From positions 282 through 64,281 of the IMG/VR virus record IMGVR_UViG_3300017754_001396: a stretch of 64,000 nt of DNA; one strand, 5' to 3'. Below, piece by piece: positions 8,906-18,029 of the stretch. The DNA is from a virus. Its lineage: Duplodnaviria; Caudoviricetes. Every line of letters begins with the position of its first letter. Position 1 is the first letter of the stretch. The notes under the pieces were generated by a model. That model ran no database searches, was not told where the DNA came from, and saw only the letters and a program-made list of their open reading frames with translations. The translations under genes and the position numbers were made by a program.

Positions 8906-9173
8906 TCTCTACCTCCTCTAAAAGTTCCTCAACAGCTTTTTGCATTGCAAGGTCTTCATCGTTGTATGGTCTGAATCTATTTGACACAAAGAACTGAAAC
9001 TTGCTATTTTCGTCAATAGGAGCTTCTTCAAGCCTATATCCCAATACCATTCGCTGCCTAGCAAGATGCTTACAGTCAATCACGGTGTACACCTCACCTT
9101 TCTTAATCCACGTTCCAATAAACCCATCAGGTTTACCTTTATCGTTCAAACATATTACCTTAAAATCGTTCAT
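8892..9173 (-). CDS. hypothetical protein (likely start MNDFKVICLND at 9173)
   Basis: Start re-assigned to the first ATG after the leader terminator; the upstream in-frame extension runs through the hairpin. Confidence 0.65.
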   Translation of the reverse strand: MNDFKVICLNDKGKPDGFIGTWIKKGEVYTVIDCKHLARQRMVLGYRLEEAPIDENSKFQFFVSNRFRPYNDEDLAMQKAVEELLEEVENEYA

Positions 9174-9183
9174 ATCAAAAAAT

Positions 9184-9278
9184 AAAAAACCCGCCAGTGG
9201 ATGCAGCACTCAGCGGGATTCTATAACTAAACCAAATCAAATGAAATTGCGAATCTGTGATGTTAGTCTGCATCTCTA
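9184..9278 (-). ncRNA. candidate structured leader/attenuator RNA, copy 1 (5' GAUGCAG pairs with terminator loop CUGCAUC)
   Basis: TAACTTTG box 9292-9285; GATGCAG 9274-9268; hairpin CCCGCTGAGTG-CTGCATC-CACTGGCGGG plus T6 (9217-9184). Confidence 0.6.
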
Positions 9279-9284
9279 ACAGGA

Positions 9285-9292
9285 CAAAGTTA
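9285..9292 (-). promoter_or_regulatory. -7 box (TAACTTTG)
   Basis: TAnnTTTG, divergent from the 9489 promoter. Confidence 0.65.
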
Positions 9293-9310
9293 AGGATGTT
9301 TTTTTAATCT

Positions 9311-9474
9311 CCAAATTTTTAATAAAGAAAAAAGAAAAAATAAAGAAAGAAAGAAAAGAAAAGAACCAAAAGAAAAGAAAGAAAGAAAAAGATTATATTA
9401 TCGTATATACTACGTATATACTCTATATAATCAAAAAAGAAAAAAGAAACAACCCCAAACCCCAAAAATTTTGG
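9311..9474. repeat. purine-rich low-complexity tract with a central palindromic core
   Basis: AAAGAAAAAAGAAA at 9324 and 9436; GTATATAC x2 (9403, 9414) between GATTATA/TATAATC; near-inverted CCAAATTTTT/AAAAATTTTGG ends. Confidence 0.75.
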
Positions 9475-9488
9475 TAAAAAAATATGCA

Positions 9489-9496
9489 TATATTTG
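9489..9496 (+). promoter_or_regulatory. -7 box (TATATTTG)
   Basis: TAnnTTTG upstream of 9562. Confidence 0.65.
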
Positions 9497-9561
9497 CACT
9501 CAACAGTGTTTAATTTATTAACCAACACAGGTAGAAATATCAGTGTAAAAAACAAAACAAA

Positions 9562-10359
9562 ATGATTACTTACAAATTACCTAAGGTACCGAATGTAGAT
9601 ATCGCATTCAACCTTGACACTTATGCTGCTGGAGACATCGTTCTAGCTGATGGTGTATTGACTGTTAAAGACGAGTCTGGAGACGATGCTTTGAAAGTAC
9701 GTGCTTGCGACCTTCTTTACTTTGACTACAACGCTTATGCTGCTGGTACAGCTAACGTAGTAGACGTTGACGTTACTGGAGCTACTTTGCTTGGTAACAC
9801 TATTTACTCTATGACTATCTACGCTCCAAACGTAGTTAACTTCTTCCAAGGAGGTCAAGAGACTGGTGCTACTTATCAAGCTCGTACCTACACAGTTTCT
9901 ACTGACGTTACTCCTACTGCTGCTGAATTGCAAGCTTTGTTTGTTGCTCGAATCAACGCTGACGTAAACGCTTATTTCGTTGCTTCTGCTGTTGCTGGTG
10001 ACATCATCCGAATCACTGCTAACGATGCTGGATTTGGTCCGTTGAGTGTTACTCACACCATCCCGGGTACTGTAACTGTTGTTGATTCTACTGCATGGGT
10101 TGCTCCTGTTGGAACTATCGAAGATGCTTCTAACTACATCAAAGCGACTTCATTGACTGCTGCTTCTTATAACCGATACATCATCTCTTATAACAAGTAC
10201 ATCCGTCACAATGCTGTTCAAGGATTACAAGTTGTTAAGCCAGTTAATGCTATCATCTTTATCGATGCTGCTGATGCTCCTCCTGTAACATTGTTGACTT
10301 CAATCCTAAACGGTACTTACGCTACTGTAGCTGACTACTTGGGTTGTCCAGCAGTGTAA
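9562..10359 (+). CDS. abundant virion structural protein (auxiliary capsid/decoration-like)
   Basis: A/T/V-rich; same high-expression codon bias as the MCP (GCT, ACT, AAC, ATC, TTC); own promoter and terminator; position before the portal as in crAss-like phages. Confidence 0.6.
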   Translation: MITYKLPKVPNVDIAFNLDTYAAGDIVLADGVLTVKDESGDDALKVRACDLLYFDYNAYAAGTANVVDVDVTGATLLGNTIYSMTIYAPNVVNFFQGGQETGATYQARTYTVSTDVTPTAAELQALFVARINADVNAYFVASAVAGDIIRITANDAGFGPLSVTHTIPGTVTVVDSTAWVAPVGTIEDASNYIKATSLTAASYNRYIISYNKYIRHNAVQGLQVVKPVNAIIFIDAADAPPVTLLTSILNGTYATVADYLGCPAV

Positions 10360-10380
10360 TCTAAATTTGATTATCTTTGT

Positions 10381-10414
10381 GGGGTAGGTGATTAAGTTCT
10401 CCTACCCCTTATTT
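10381..10414 (+). terminator. intrinsic terminator-like hairpin
   Basis: GGGGTAGG-N12-CCTACCCC then TTATTT; preceded by TAAATTTG (10362) and TATCTTTG (10372) boxes. Confidence 0.65.
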
Positions 10415-10421
10415 AATAAAT

Positions 10422-10988
10422 ATGTCAGAAAAAGTTGAGGTTAATGTTGTTCTTTTTGGGTTAGAGTCCTCTTCTGATTTAAGGATGGAATACCCTGAAC
10501 TAGCTGACATACTTGAATTTAAAAACCTAAAATCCAAAGAAGTTCGACTCTGCTGGCTTCTAGGAAACAGAACATCTCCAATATACAAATTGGATAAAAA
10601 GCAGAGACTACACAAAGCCCTTGAGATAATCTATGGCTCAAGGTACAAAGAGAATGAAGACCTTACCCCAATGCTAGAAGGCAATATGTCTGAAGAATTG
10701 AGGGAAGGCATAAGAAGGATGGAGCAATTCAATCCTGAATATCGCCTCAGAGCAAAACTTTTAAGCCAGTATATGTTCGAAACTCTAAACAGCATGATAG
10801 TAGTTGATGAAGCTACTTTGGCTGCTATGGATGTTGATGAGAAAAAGAAATATACTGACTTGATTGTTAAGATTCACTCTGAGCTTCCAGATATGGTTAA
10901 CCGCTTAGAGCAGTCTTATGGCGTAAGAACTGTTGAGCGTAAGACTAACAAAAAGGTTATGGTTAATATTAACGATGTATTGAAGTAG
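10422..10988 (+). CDS. hypothetical helical protein upstream of the portal (TerS or assembly-factor candidate)
   Basis: 188-aa ORF, 1 nt from the portal start. Confidence 0.55.
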   Translation: MSEKVEVNVVLFGLESSSDLRMEYPELADILEFKNLKSKEVRLCWLLGNRTSPIYKLDKKQRLHKALEIIYGSRYKENEDLTPMLEGNMSEELREGIRRMEQFNPEYRLRAKLLSQYMFETLNSMIVVDEATLAAMDVDEKKKYTDLIVKIHSELPDMVNRLEQSYGVRTVERKTNKKVMVNINDVLK

Positions 10989-10989
10989 T

Positions 10990-13200
10990 ATGAGTTACAT
11001 TTTCAGTGATAGCAGGATACGGCCTAATAAGCTTGAAGGCAAAAAAGACAAGAAGTATCACCGAGAGTACGGGAAGTTTTGTCTTTCTACAATGGGTAAC
11101 TACTTGTACAGAAGGTATATCAATAAGTGCTTGATTAACTGGTCGTTTTTCAAGGGGCAGGATGGCCAATGGATTTTTGATGAAGACATTGAAGCTTTCT
11201 TCCTTGATGAATCTGGAGATATCCGTAACAGACTAAAATGGACTAAGAACGTAATCAAGCCGATGGTTCAGCAGTACGTTGGTAACGCTATCCGTTTGGC
11301 TTATGATGCTAGAGCTAATTGTATCTCTGACTTTGTAATCAACAAGAGAGATAAAGAAATGGCTAAGATGCGTGAGCTACACAAGTTTGTGGATGCTTAC
11401 CCGTTCTTTAGAGACATCGTTAAATCAAGAGTTCCCCTTCAAGAAACTGAAGAAGAAACTGAAGAGATTTTTACCAACTTGTTTGTTGAAGAATACGAGA
11501 AGGACATAAACAACCTCATCGAATTCATTGCTACTGAAGTAAACATTGATGAGATTAAAGTTCAGATTTCTAGACACTTAGCAATATGTGGTCTTGGTAT
11601 ATACAAAGGTTTTGAGCAAGGTGGTAATTACATGGCTGAGGCTATTAACCCATTGTTCTTTATCTGGGATATGTCTGCAAGGAAACCGGATTTATCTGAT
11701 GCTGAGTATATGGGCGAGTGGTACTATATGGACTCCGCTAGTATCTTTGAAAGATTCCAAGACTTGAATAGTGAAGAGCGTATGCTCATTGAGAACTTTG
11801 GAAACAATAACAACAACAATGGTATCCATAAAATCATCAATGGTATCTATACCCTTGCGGGAAATAAGATTCCTGTGCATGAGATGTATTGGAAGGACAT
11901 TGAGGTTAGAGAATATGGTTGGGTGAATGATGAGTTTGGTTATCCATACTACACTATGATTAACCATGAAGATTCTATATACACTGATAAGGATTTGATT
12001 GAGCCTCTTACTGAGAAGCATAAAGAGGACATGGGTGATAAGAAGAAACACAAGATATATGTTGATGTTATTCGATATTGTATTCTTATCCCTCAGGAAG
12101 ATATAGGTCACGCTGACGGGGACATTATTCTTGAGTATGGTATCTTACCTTATCAAGAGAAGAATTTGTACGACCCTGCAAATGTTAGATTCCCTTACAA
12201 GTGTTATACTTGGGTTTACGACAGAGGTGAGATATTAACTCCTCTTGATGATGTTATTGACCCACAGAGATTCTTAAATAGAACCATATCTGTTGCTGAA
12301 TCTCACTTGGCTAATATGCGTGGAACGGGTACGGTTATTTCTAAATCAGCAGTAGATGACAGAGATGGTGAAGCAGATATCAATAGAAACATTAACGCAT
12401 CTAAGCCAATATTTGTTGATACAGACAGAGTTGGTTCTGTGCAGAATGCCATTGGTACTTATGGAACAAATATTAGTGGTGGCACTTTGCAGTTGTTCGA
12501 TGTAATCAATACTATACAGACTAGTATTCAAGATGTTACAGGTGTGAACGAGGCGATGACCGGTACACAGGGAGCTTCTGATGCGCTTGTTGGAGTTGTT
12601 CAAGCTCAGATACAAAGAGGTTCATTAGTTCAAGAACCTTTCTATTGGGGATTGACTTCTATCCTTAGAGCTGCATACGAGCACATGGCTACAGTTGGTA
12701 AAGCTATATACCATGACAATCCTCGTAAACTAGCTATCATGGTTGGCGATAAAGGGTTGCAGAATATTACGATTACTAAAGACCATTTGCTACAAGACTA
12801 TAGAATATTCATCAATAGAAGCGAGCCAAGAGAGCAAGGTATTGCTAATGGTAATCAGTTGTTATTCACTCTACTACAAAGTGGAATGATTGACCAGCAG
12901 ATGTTTGCCAATCTATTCAATAGGGCTAATCCTGAACTTATCGCGAATTCTATACGTGAGCATTACAGAGCTGTTAAACAAGCTGAGTCTATGGCTAACA
13001 AAGCTAAGATGGAAGGTCAACAGGCAGGTCTTGAAGATATGCAAGCACAGGCTCAGATGATGCAAGAGCAACAAGCTCAAGCTCAGCAAGGTGAAATGGA
13101 AATGGAGCAAATGAAACATCAACAAGAGATGGAGAAAGTAGCTCTTAAAGAAGGAGCAAAAACAGAAAGAGACTTGCTTAAAAATCAAAGTATACAATAA
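10990..13200 (+). CDS. portal protein
   Basis: 736 aa; position before scaffold and MCP; DPQRFLN...NMRG and Q-rich C-terminal barrel typical of P22/crAss-like portals. Confidence 0.8.
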   Translation: MSYIFSDSRIRPNKLEGKKDKKYHREYGKFCLSTMGNYLYRRYINKCLINWSFFKGQDGQWIFDEDIEAFFLDESGDIRNRLKWTKNVIKPMVQQYVGNAIRLAYDARANCISDFVINKRDKEMAKMRELHKFVDAYPFFRDIVKSRVPLQETEEETEEIFTNLFVEEYEKDINNLIEFIATEVNIDEIKVQISRHLAICGLGIYKGFEQGGNYMAEAINPLFFIWDMSARKPDLSDAEYMGEWYYMDSASIFERFQDLNSEERMLIENFGNNNNNNGIHKIINGIYTLAGNKIPVHEMYWKDIEVREYGWVNDEFGYPYYTMINHEDSIYTDKDLIEPLTEKHKEDMGDKKKHKIYVDVIRYCILIPQEDIGHADGDIILEYGILPYQEKNLYDPANVRFPYKCYTWVYDRGEILTPLDDVIDPQRFLNRTISVAESHLANMRGTGTVISKSAVDDRDGEADINRNINASKPIFVDTDRVGSVQNAIGTYGTNISGGTLQLFDVINTIQTSIQDVTGVNEAMTGTQGASDALVGVVQAQIQRGSLVQEPFYWGLTSILRAAYEHMATVGKAIYHDNPRKLAIMVGDKGLQNITITKDHLLQDYRIFINRSEPREQGIANGNQLLFTLLQSGMIDQQMFANLFNRANPELIANSIREHYRAVKQAESMANKAKMEGQQAGLEDMQAQAQMMQEQQAQAQQGEMEMEQMKHQQEMEKVALKEGAKTERDLLKNQSIQ

Positions 13201-13232
13201 TTAATTATTTTTGAACCCAAATATATATATGT

Positions 13233-14408
13233 ATGGACAGTAATTTCGAACAAGAATTTGAAGCTGCCGCATCACAACTTGAGGGCCAAGAGGAATATGG
13301 CGATTTGAATCTTACTCCAGAGATGGAGGAGCAGATTCGCCAAATTGAATCATTGGCTAAGTTTGATGAGGAGTTTGCTAATTCTAAAGAGTATCAAGAC
13401 TTGATGGCTAGTTTGCGTAGCGGTCAAGCAGCCTCTGATGAAGAAGAAGAGGAATATGAGGAAGAAGAGGATGAGGATGAGGAAGAAGTTGATAGTGAAG
13501 ACGTCTTTGGAATCACCAAGCAATCCAAGCCAGCAAAAGAGGTTAAGATTAATTTCCAGCCTCCAGCAGAGATGATAAATATGTTATCATCAAAGTATGG
13601 TATTAAGGATGCTAACAAATTCTTTACCTCTGTAGATACTTGGAGAAATCAGGCACAGGAAGGGTCTGATATCAGAAAAGAGTATGAAGCATTGACTAGC
13701 GATTTACAGGCTTTACCACCAGAGGTAAGGATGAGTATTGAGCTTTGGGCAAATGGCGATGATTACACTCGCGCTTTCTCAATGCAACAAAGACTGGATT
13801 TTGAATCTAGCTTCGGAGACCAAGAAGTAGAAGGTTTAGTTCAGCACTATCTTCCTGAACAATATTCTGATTTGAACGATGCCTTGGAAAGAGGTAAGAT
13901 TGATGATGATGAGTTTGAAGAGAGGTTAACTATGCTTGCAGCGTCCACAAAGCGTTTGTTCAATGAAGACAAGAAAGCATTAGAAGAACAACGTGAGCAG
14001 TATGTCAATCAACAGAAAAATCAATTTCAAAATCTGAAGAAGACTGCTTCGCTTTCCGTAGAAAATCTAAGTAAGACTTACCCCAACTTCAGCAAGTCCG
14101 AAATCGCTAAGATTAGGAATGTCTTGGTTGACGGGAAAATTGACCAAATGTTCTACAAGTCAGACGGAACATATAACGACAATGCAGCAGAGCTTGTCGC
14201 ATATGCGATGTATGGTAAGAAGATGATGGAATCTGTCATGAAAGTTGCTGAACGAAAAGGAGAAAGTAGGGCGAATCAAAAAATCGTCGATTCAAGTCCA
14301 AAGACAATTCGTAGACAAAAGTCCTCTAACGAGAGCCGAGGTTTAGGAATGGATGCCGTAGGACATTTGAATGGTGTATTTAGAGGGGACCCTTACGCTA
14401 GTAAATAA
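13233..14408 (+). CDS. capsid scaffold/assembly protein
   Basis: Acidic, poly-E tract, coiled-coil-like, lies between portal and MCP. Confidence 0.6.
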   Translation: MDSNFEQEFEAAASQLEGQEEYGDLNLTPEMEEQIRQIESLAKFDEEFANSKEYQDLMASLRSGQAASDEEEEEYEEEEDEDEEEVDSEDVFGITKQSKPAKEVKINFQPPAEMINMLSSKYGIKDANKFFTSVDTWRNQAQEGSDIRKEYEALTSDLQALPPEVRMSIELWANGDDYTRAFSMQQRLDFESSFGDQEVEGLVQHYLPEQYSDLNDALERGKIDDDEFEERLTMLAASTKRLFNEDKKALEEQREQYVNQQKNQFQNLKKTASLSVENLSKTYPNFSKSEIAKIRNVLVDGKIDQMFYKSDGTYNDNAAELVAYAMYGKKMMESVMKVAERKGESRANQKIVDSSPKTIRRQKSSNESRGLGMDAVGHLNGVFRGDPYASK

Positions 14409-14425
14409 TGTAAATTTTTTGTCAA

Positions 14426-15661
14426 ATGGCGTTATATAATGACACAACCGTAAAGTTCACGAACCAAAACCTTAACTCGGTAGGTTCTGAATATGCTAAC
14501 CTATATGGACACGACTTGTCTTTATTGGTTCAGAAGTTAACTAACCGTGCAATCTTTGATGCTGCTCCACAGCAGTTCATGGATTTGAAACTATTAAACA
14601 TGGTTTCTCCTGAGCAAGTTAACTCTGATGAATTTTTCTTCCAAGAGATGGCTTATCAGCGTGAGCCTCTAGTAGCTACAGCTGTTGCTGGTGGTGTAGG
14701 ATATCCTGCATCTCAAGTTATTTCCGTTCAGTCGGTAGATAACATCGCTACTAACACAATCATTTCTTATCCTAACGGACAGAAAGGTAGTGTAACAAAT
14801 GTTGACACTGCGTTGTTGACAGTTACTGTTACTCCTTACAACGGAGATACTCTTCCTGCTGTTGCTATTGATGATGTGTTGGCTAACGTATCTTCTGTAG
14901 ACCACGATGGTTCTGAGGGATTTGCTCAGTACTTCCGTGCTTCTACAATTGAGCGTTCTAACTACGTTCAGTTGTTTAACAAAGCTATCCGTTACTCTGA
15001 AGTTGAACTTCACAAGTTGAAAAACCAAGGAACTACTTCTAACTTCCTTGAAATGGAGAAAGCTGCAATGTTTAACCAACACCGAATTGACATCTCCAAT
15101 GCATTCTGGACTGGTCAAAAAGGTGAGGTTATCACTCAGAACGGAACTCCTGCTAAAACAACTGGTGGTGTTTACACTTCTATGCTTGAGGCTGGTGCTC
15201 CTAACGCTCTTGCTACTACTTCTACTTTAGTAGATGCATTCGAAGATGTTATCCTTAGCTCTGAATATGGTGACTACGGAACAACTCGTATGGCGTTCAT
15301 GACTCCTCGAATTCACCGTGCCCTTACTTTGGCTTACAAAGATGAGCATACTCGTTACCAACCTAACGACGAAATCGCTTTGTTGAACCTACGTGAGGTT
15401 AACCTTGGTTCTTCTCGAATCGTTCTTGTTCCTTTCAAGCGTTTCGAAGACCGAGCTTCATTCCCGGGTTCTTTCGAAAACAAAATTGTTGTTCTTGATA
15501 TGAAAAACATCAAGCGTACACAACTTTGGGGCGAGCGTTCTGGAGATACCTTGAAGCTTGAGGACGGAGTTCCTAAGCGTTATGGTGATGTATGGGTAGA
15601 TTGCAACATGGGTGTGAAAATGCACAACCCACTTGCTTGTGCTTGGGTAGACATCGCATAA
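14426..15661 (+). CDS. major capsid protein (HK97 fold, SU10/DUF5309-like)
   Basis: 411 aa; strong codon bias; NYVQLF...HRIDISNAFWTG...TTGG pattern; terminator immediately after. Confidence 0.85.
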   Translation: MALYNDTTVKFTNQNLNSVGSEYANLYGHDLSLLVQKLTNRAIFDAAPQQFMDLKLLNMVSPEQVNSDEFFFQEMAYQREPLVATAVAGGVGYPASQVISVQSVDNIATNTIISYPNGQKGSVTNVDTALLTVTVTPYNGDTLPAVAIDDVLANVSSVDHDGSEGFAQYFRASTIERSNYVQLFNKAIRYSEVELHKLKNQGTTSNFLEMEKAAMFNQHRIDISNAFWTGQKGEVITQNGTPAKTTGGVYTSMLEAGAPNALATTSTLVDAFEDVILSSEYGDYGTTRMAFMTPRIHRALTLAYKDEHTRYQPNDEIALLNLREVNLGSSRIVLVPFKRFEDRASFPGSFENKIVVLDMKNIKRTQLWGERSGDTLKLEDGVPKRYGDVWVDCNMGVKMHNPLACAWVDIA

Positions 15662-15680
15662 GAAATAAATGCAAACAAAA

Positions 15681-15710
15681 AAGGGGAGGGGTTAACTCTC
15701 CCCTTCTTTA
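15681..15710 (+). terminator. intrinsic terminator after the MCP gene
   Basis: AAGGGGAG-N9-CTCCCCTT then CTTTA. Confidence 0.75.
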
Positions 15711-15722
15711 AATTAAATAATC

Positions 15723-16505
15723 ATGGCAATACAAAAAAAAACAAAAAAAGATGTAAGTTTTGAACCTGAACAAACAGTGATTGAGAACTTGCACACAGAA
15801 GAAGTAACAGAAGTAGTAGCTAAAGAAGAGAAGGAAGAATCAATTCCTATGTCTTTAGTTCAAAAGATGCTTAATGAATTAGAGCAAAAGTTCACCTCAA
15901 AAATCAATAAGCTAAAAGTTCAATCTTCTCGTAGTGAGATGGATGATGACTTGCAGTATGTTCGTGACTTGGAAGAGGATTATATGGAGATTCCGTCCAT
16001 CTTCTTTTCATTCTCTATTAACTATTCCATTCATGGGGATAACAAGAGGGGAATGGATTCTGAGCCACCACAGGGGCCTATTAAGTTCAAGCCTTTGATT
16101 CGAACTAAGAAGAGAGGACAGCGTGGAACACAGGTTGTTTCTGTATCTTCTGTTAAGGTTCATTCTAAGGAGGTTGCTGATTATCTTCGTAACCATAGCC
16201 ACTTTGGAATTGCATTCTATGAGAACGTAGATTCTGCTATGAATGTTGATTCTACTTGGGCTCAGAAGATGATTGAGGCTCAACAATCAATTAGCCGCTT
16301 ATCTGATATGCAGGTTATCGCTCGTTCTAAGCAAGAAGGAATTGCTGTTACTCAGAGTCCTGAAGCAATGCGTAAAATGCTTGTTGACCGAGATGCCAAA
16401 AGGCGTATTGCTCAGCAAGAGTCTGTACTTTATGGTAGCTTAAAAAATGCTAACTTAGACCATCAGAACAGAGCAATAACAGAGAAAACAATATCTAGCT
16501 ATTAA
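15723..16505 (+). CDS. hypothetical head-associated protein
   Basis: 260-aa ORF following the MCP in the virion module. Confidence 0.55.
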   Translation: MAIQKKTKKDVSFEPEQTVIENLHTEEVTEVVAKEEKEESIPMSLVQKMLNELEQKFTSKINKLKVQSSRSEMDDDLQYVRDLEEDYMEIPSIFFSFSINYSIHGDNKRGMDSEPPQGPIKFKPLIRTKKRGQRGTQVVSVSSVKVHSKEVADYLRNHSHFGIAFYENVDSAMNVDSTWAQKMIEAQQSISRLSDMQVIARSKQEGIAVTQSPEAMRKMLVDRDAKRRIAQQESVLYGSLKNANLDHQNRAITEKTISSY

Positions 16506-16507
16506 TT

Positions 16508-17284
16508 ATGTTTACGGCACAAGAACTTAGAAACCAGTTAGCATTCGCCTTAGATGCGGAAGGCTCTGACCATTATCGTGATGACTTGGATTACATCCCA
16601 GCTATCAATGCTGCGATGAAGTGGTTGGTTTCTATAGTTAATATTGCCTATGGACAAGGAAAGATTGGCGAAGAATTTTTCAGAGAACTATCATACTCGG
16701 GAGTGTTTCTAACAAGTAATCTCTCCCGGGTATCTTTTAATGTGTTTCCTTCTGAGGTATGGACGCTTCTTGCGGTATATCCTGAGCCTAGCTTAGAGGT
16801 TAACACGAGTATGCCAGTTCCATTAACTCCTGATACTACTAGGAGTTATTACTTGGATAACTTAATCCATGTTCGTTCTGACAATAGTTGCAAGAGACTT
16901 AGTATAGAAGAATGGTCTATCAATAGAGACAATCCATTTGAAGCTGGATATGAACCTCAGTATCTTACTAATCCAAGACCTTCATGTCCTGATTTTATAA
17001 GGTATGCTTATTTAGCTCCTATAAATTACAATGGTGATGCTACTGGTGCTTTTGCTCAAGACTTAGAGATTAGACCTAGATTAATAAACAAGAAGGTAAC
17101 TATATTTTGGGTGAAGAAGCCAGATGTAATTACCAACTTGAATCAGAATATAGAGTTTCCTAATAGCGTGTTTCAGCTATTGTTTAATAAGGCTTTGTTC
17201 TACATAAGCTTTAAACAAGGAGACAATACTACCGTTAACTCTATATCTAATGGAGATATTCAACAACTGTTAGACGTATTGTGA
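16508..17284 (+). CDS. tail ring/adaptor protein 1
   Basis: N-terminal helices ending IN.A, beta middle, C-terminal FP...LFNKAL helix; synteny with crAss-like ring proteins. Confidence 0.6.
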   Translation: MFTAQELRNQLAFALDAEGSDHYRDDLDYIPAINAAMKWLVSIVNIAYGQGKIGEEFFRELSYSGVFLTSNLSRVSFNVFPSEVWTLLAVYPEPSLEVNTSMPVPLTPDTTRSYYLDNLIHVRSDNSCKRLSIEEWSINRDNPFEAGYEPQYLTNPRPSCPDFIRYAYLAPINYNGDATGAFAQDLEIRPRLINKKVTIFWVKKPDVITNLNQNIEFPNSVFQLLFNKALFYISFKQGDNTTVNSISNGDIQQLLDVL

Positions 17285-17285
17285 T

Positions 17286-18023
17286 ATGGCAACTTATAGA
17301 TATGTAGTATATGATTTACAAAAGAATTTAAGCTCAACATTTGATGATGCTGACTTTACTTTTAATCAAATACTTTATTGGGTTACTATGGTGGCCAACA
17401 GGCTTAGAGCTGAACAACAAATGGTTGAGGGCTCTGACCTATTTACATCTACATTTAATTCTGTTCCCATTCAAGTTGATGAGAAGGGAAGGAAATATAT
17501 AGATTTACCTGTGCAAATAATGGACTTACCTAATAATGCGGGTATAGTCTACATAACATATAACTCCGATACTTGTAAATGTGATGGGCCGATGTTTGCT
17601 CAAGTATTCTTTGAGAGCACTAGCGTGGCTGGAGTACAACATTTATATTTAGATGAGTACACTACTCCTACTTCTAAGCGTCCGTACTTCTATAGGATAG
17701 GGCATAAGATTGACGGAGTAAACGTAAATAGAATTTATTTACTTGGTTTAGAGTGTATTGATGTACTTGACCTTGAGATTGCTATTAAGGCAAGTATTGA
17801 CCCAGAAAATATCTGTAGCCTTGATGAGATTATTCCATTGCCAGATGAGAGGATTCAGGAGCTTACTAATGAAGTATTAAAGCTTGGTAAGTTTATTATG
17901 ATGATGCCTAATGAGATGGTGAATGACGGAGAGGATTCAAGTAAGATAACCAATCAGTATTCTGCTCGTGGTGCTACATTGAGTGACTTGGGTCAGGATG
18001 CTCCGCAACAAACTGTAGAATAA
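17286..18023 (+). CDS. tail ring protein 2
   Basis: YVVYDL...DD...QILYW N-terminus and PLPDE-helix C-terminus typical of crAss-like ring paralogues. Confidence 0.6.
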   Translation: MATYRYVVYDLQKNLSSTFDDADFTFNQILYWVTMVANRLRAEQQMVEGSDLFTSTFNSVPIQVDEKGRKYIDLPVQIMDLPNNAGIVYITYNSDTCKCDGPMFAQVFFESTSVAGVQHLYLDEYTTPTSKRPYFYRIGHKIDGVNVNRIYLLGLECIDVLDLEIAIKASIDPENICSLDEIIPLPDERIQELTNEVLKLGKFIMMMPNEMVNDGEDSSKITNQYSARGATLSDLGQDAPQQTVE

Positions 18024-18029
18024 TAAGAT

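Noticed and set aside
9319-9555. 78-aa F/L-rich membrane-like ORF on the - strand
   Set aside because: It is the reverse reading of the A-rich purine tract and overlaps a + promoter; a compositional artefact.
10372-10414. Fourth copy of the 5'/loop leader element
   Set aside because: It has a promoter box and a hairpin, but the hairpin starts immediately and its loop has no complementary 5' segment; treated as a plain terminator.
13438-13500. GAA/GAG/GAT repeat tract
   Set aside because: It encodes the poly-acidic stretch typical of scaffold proteins.
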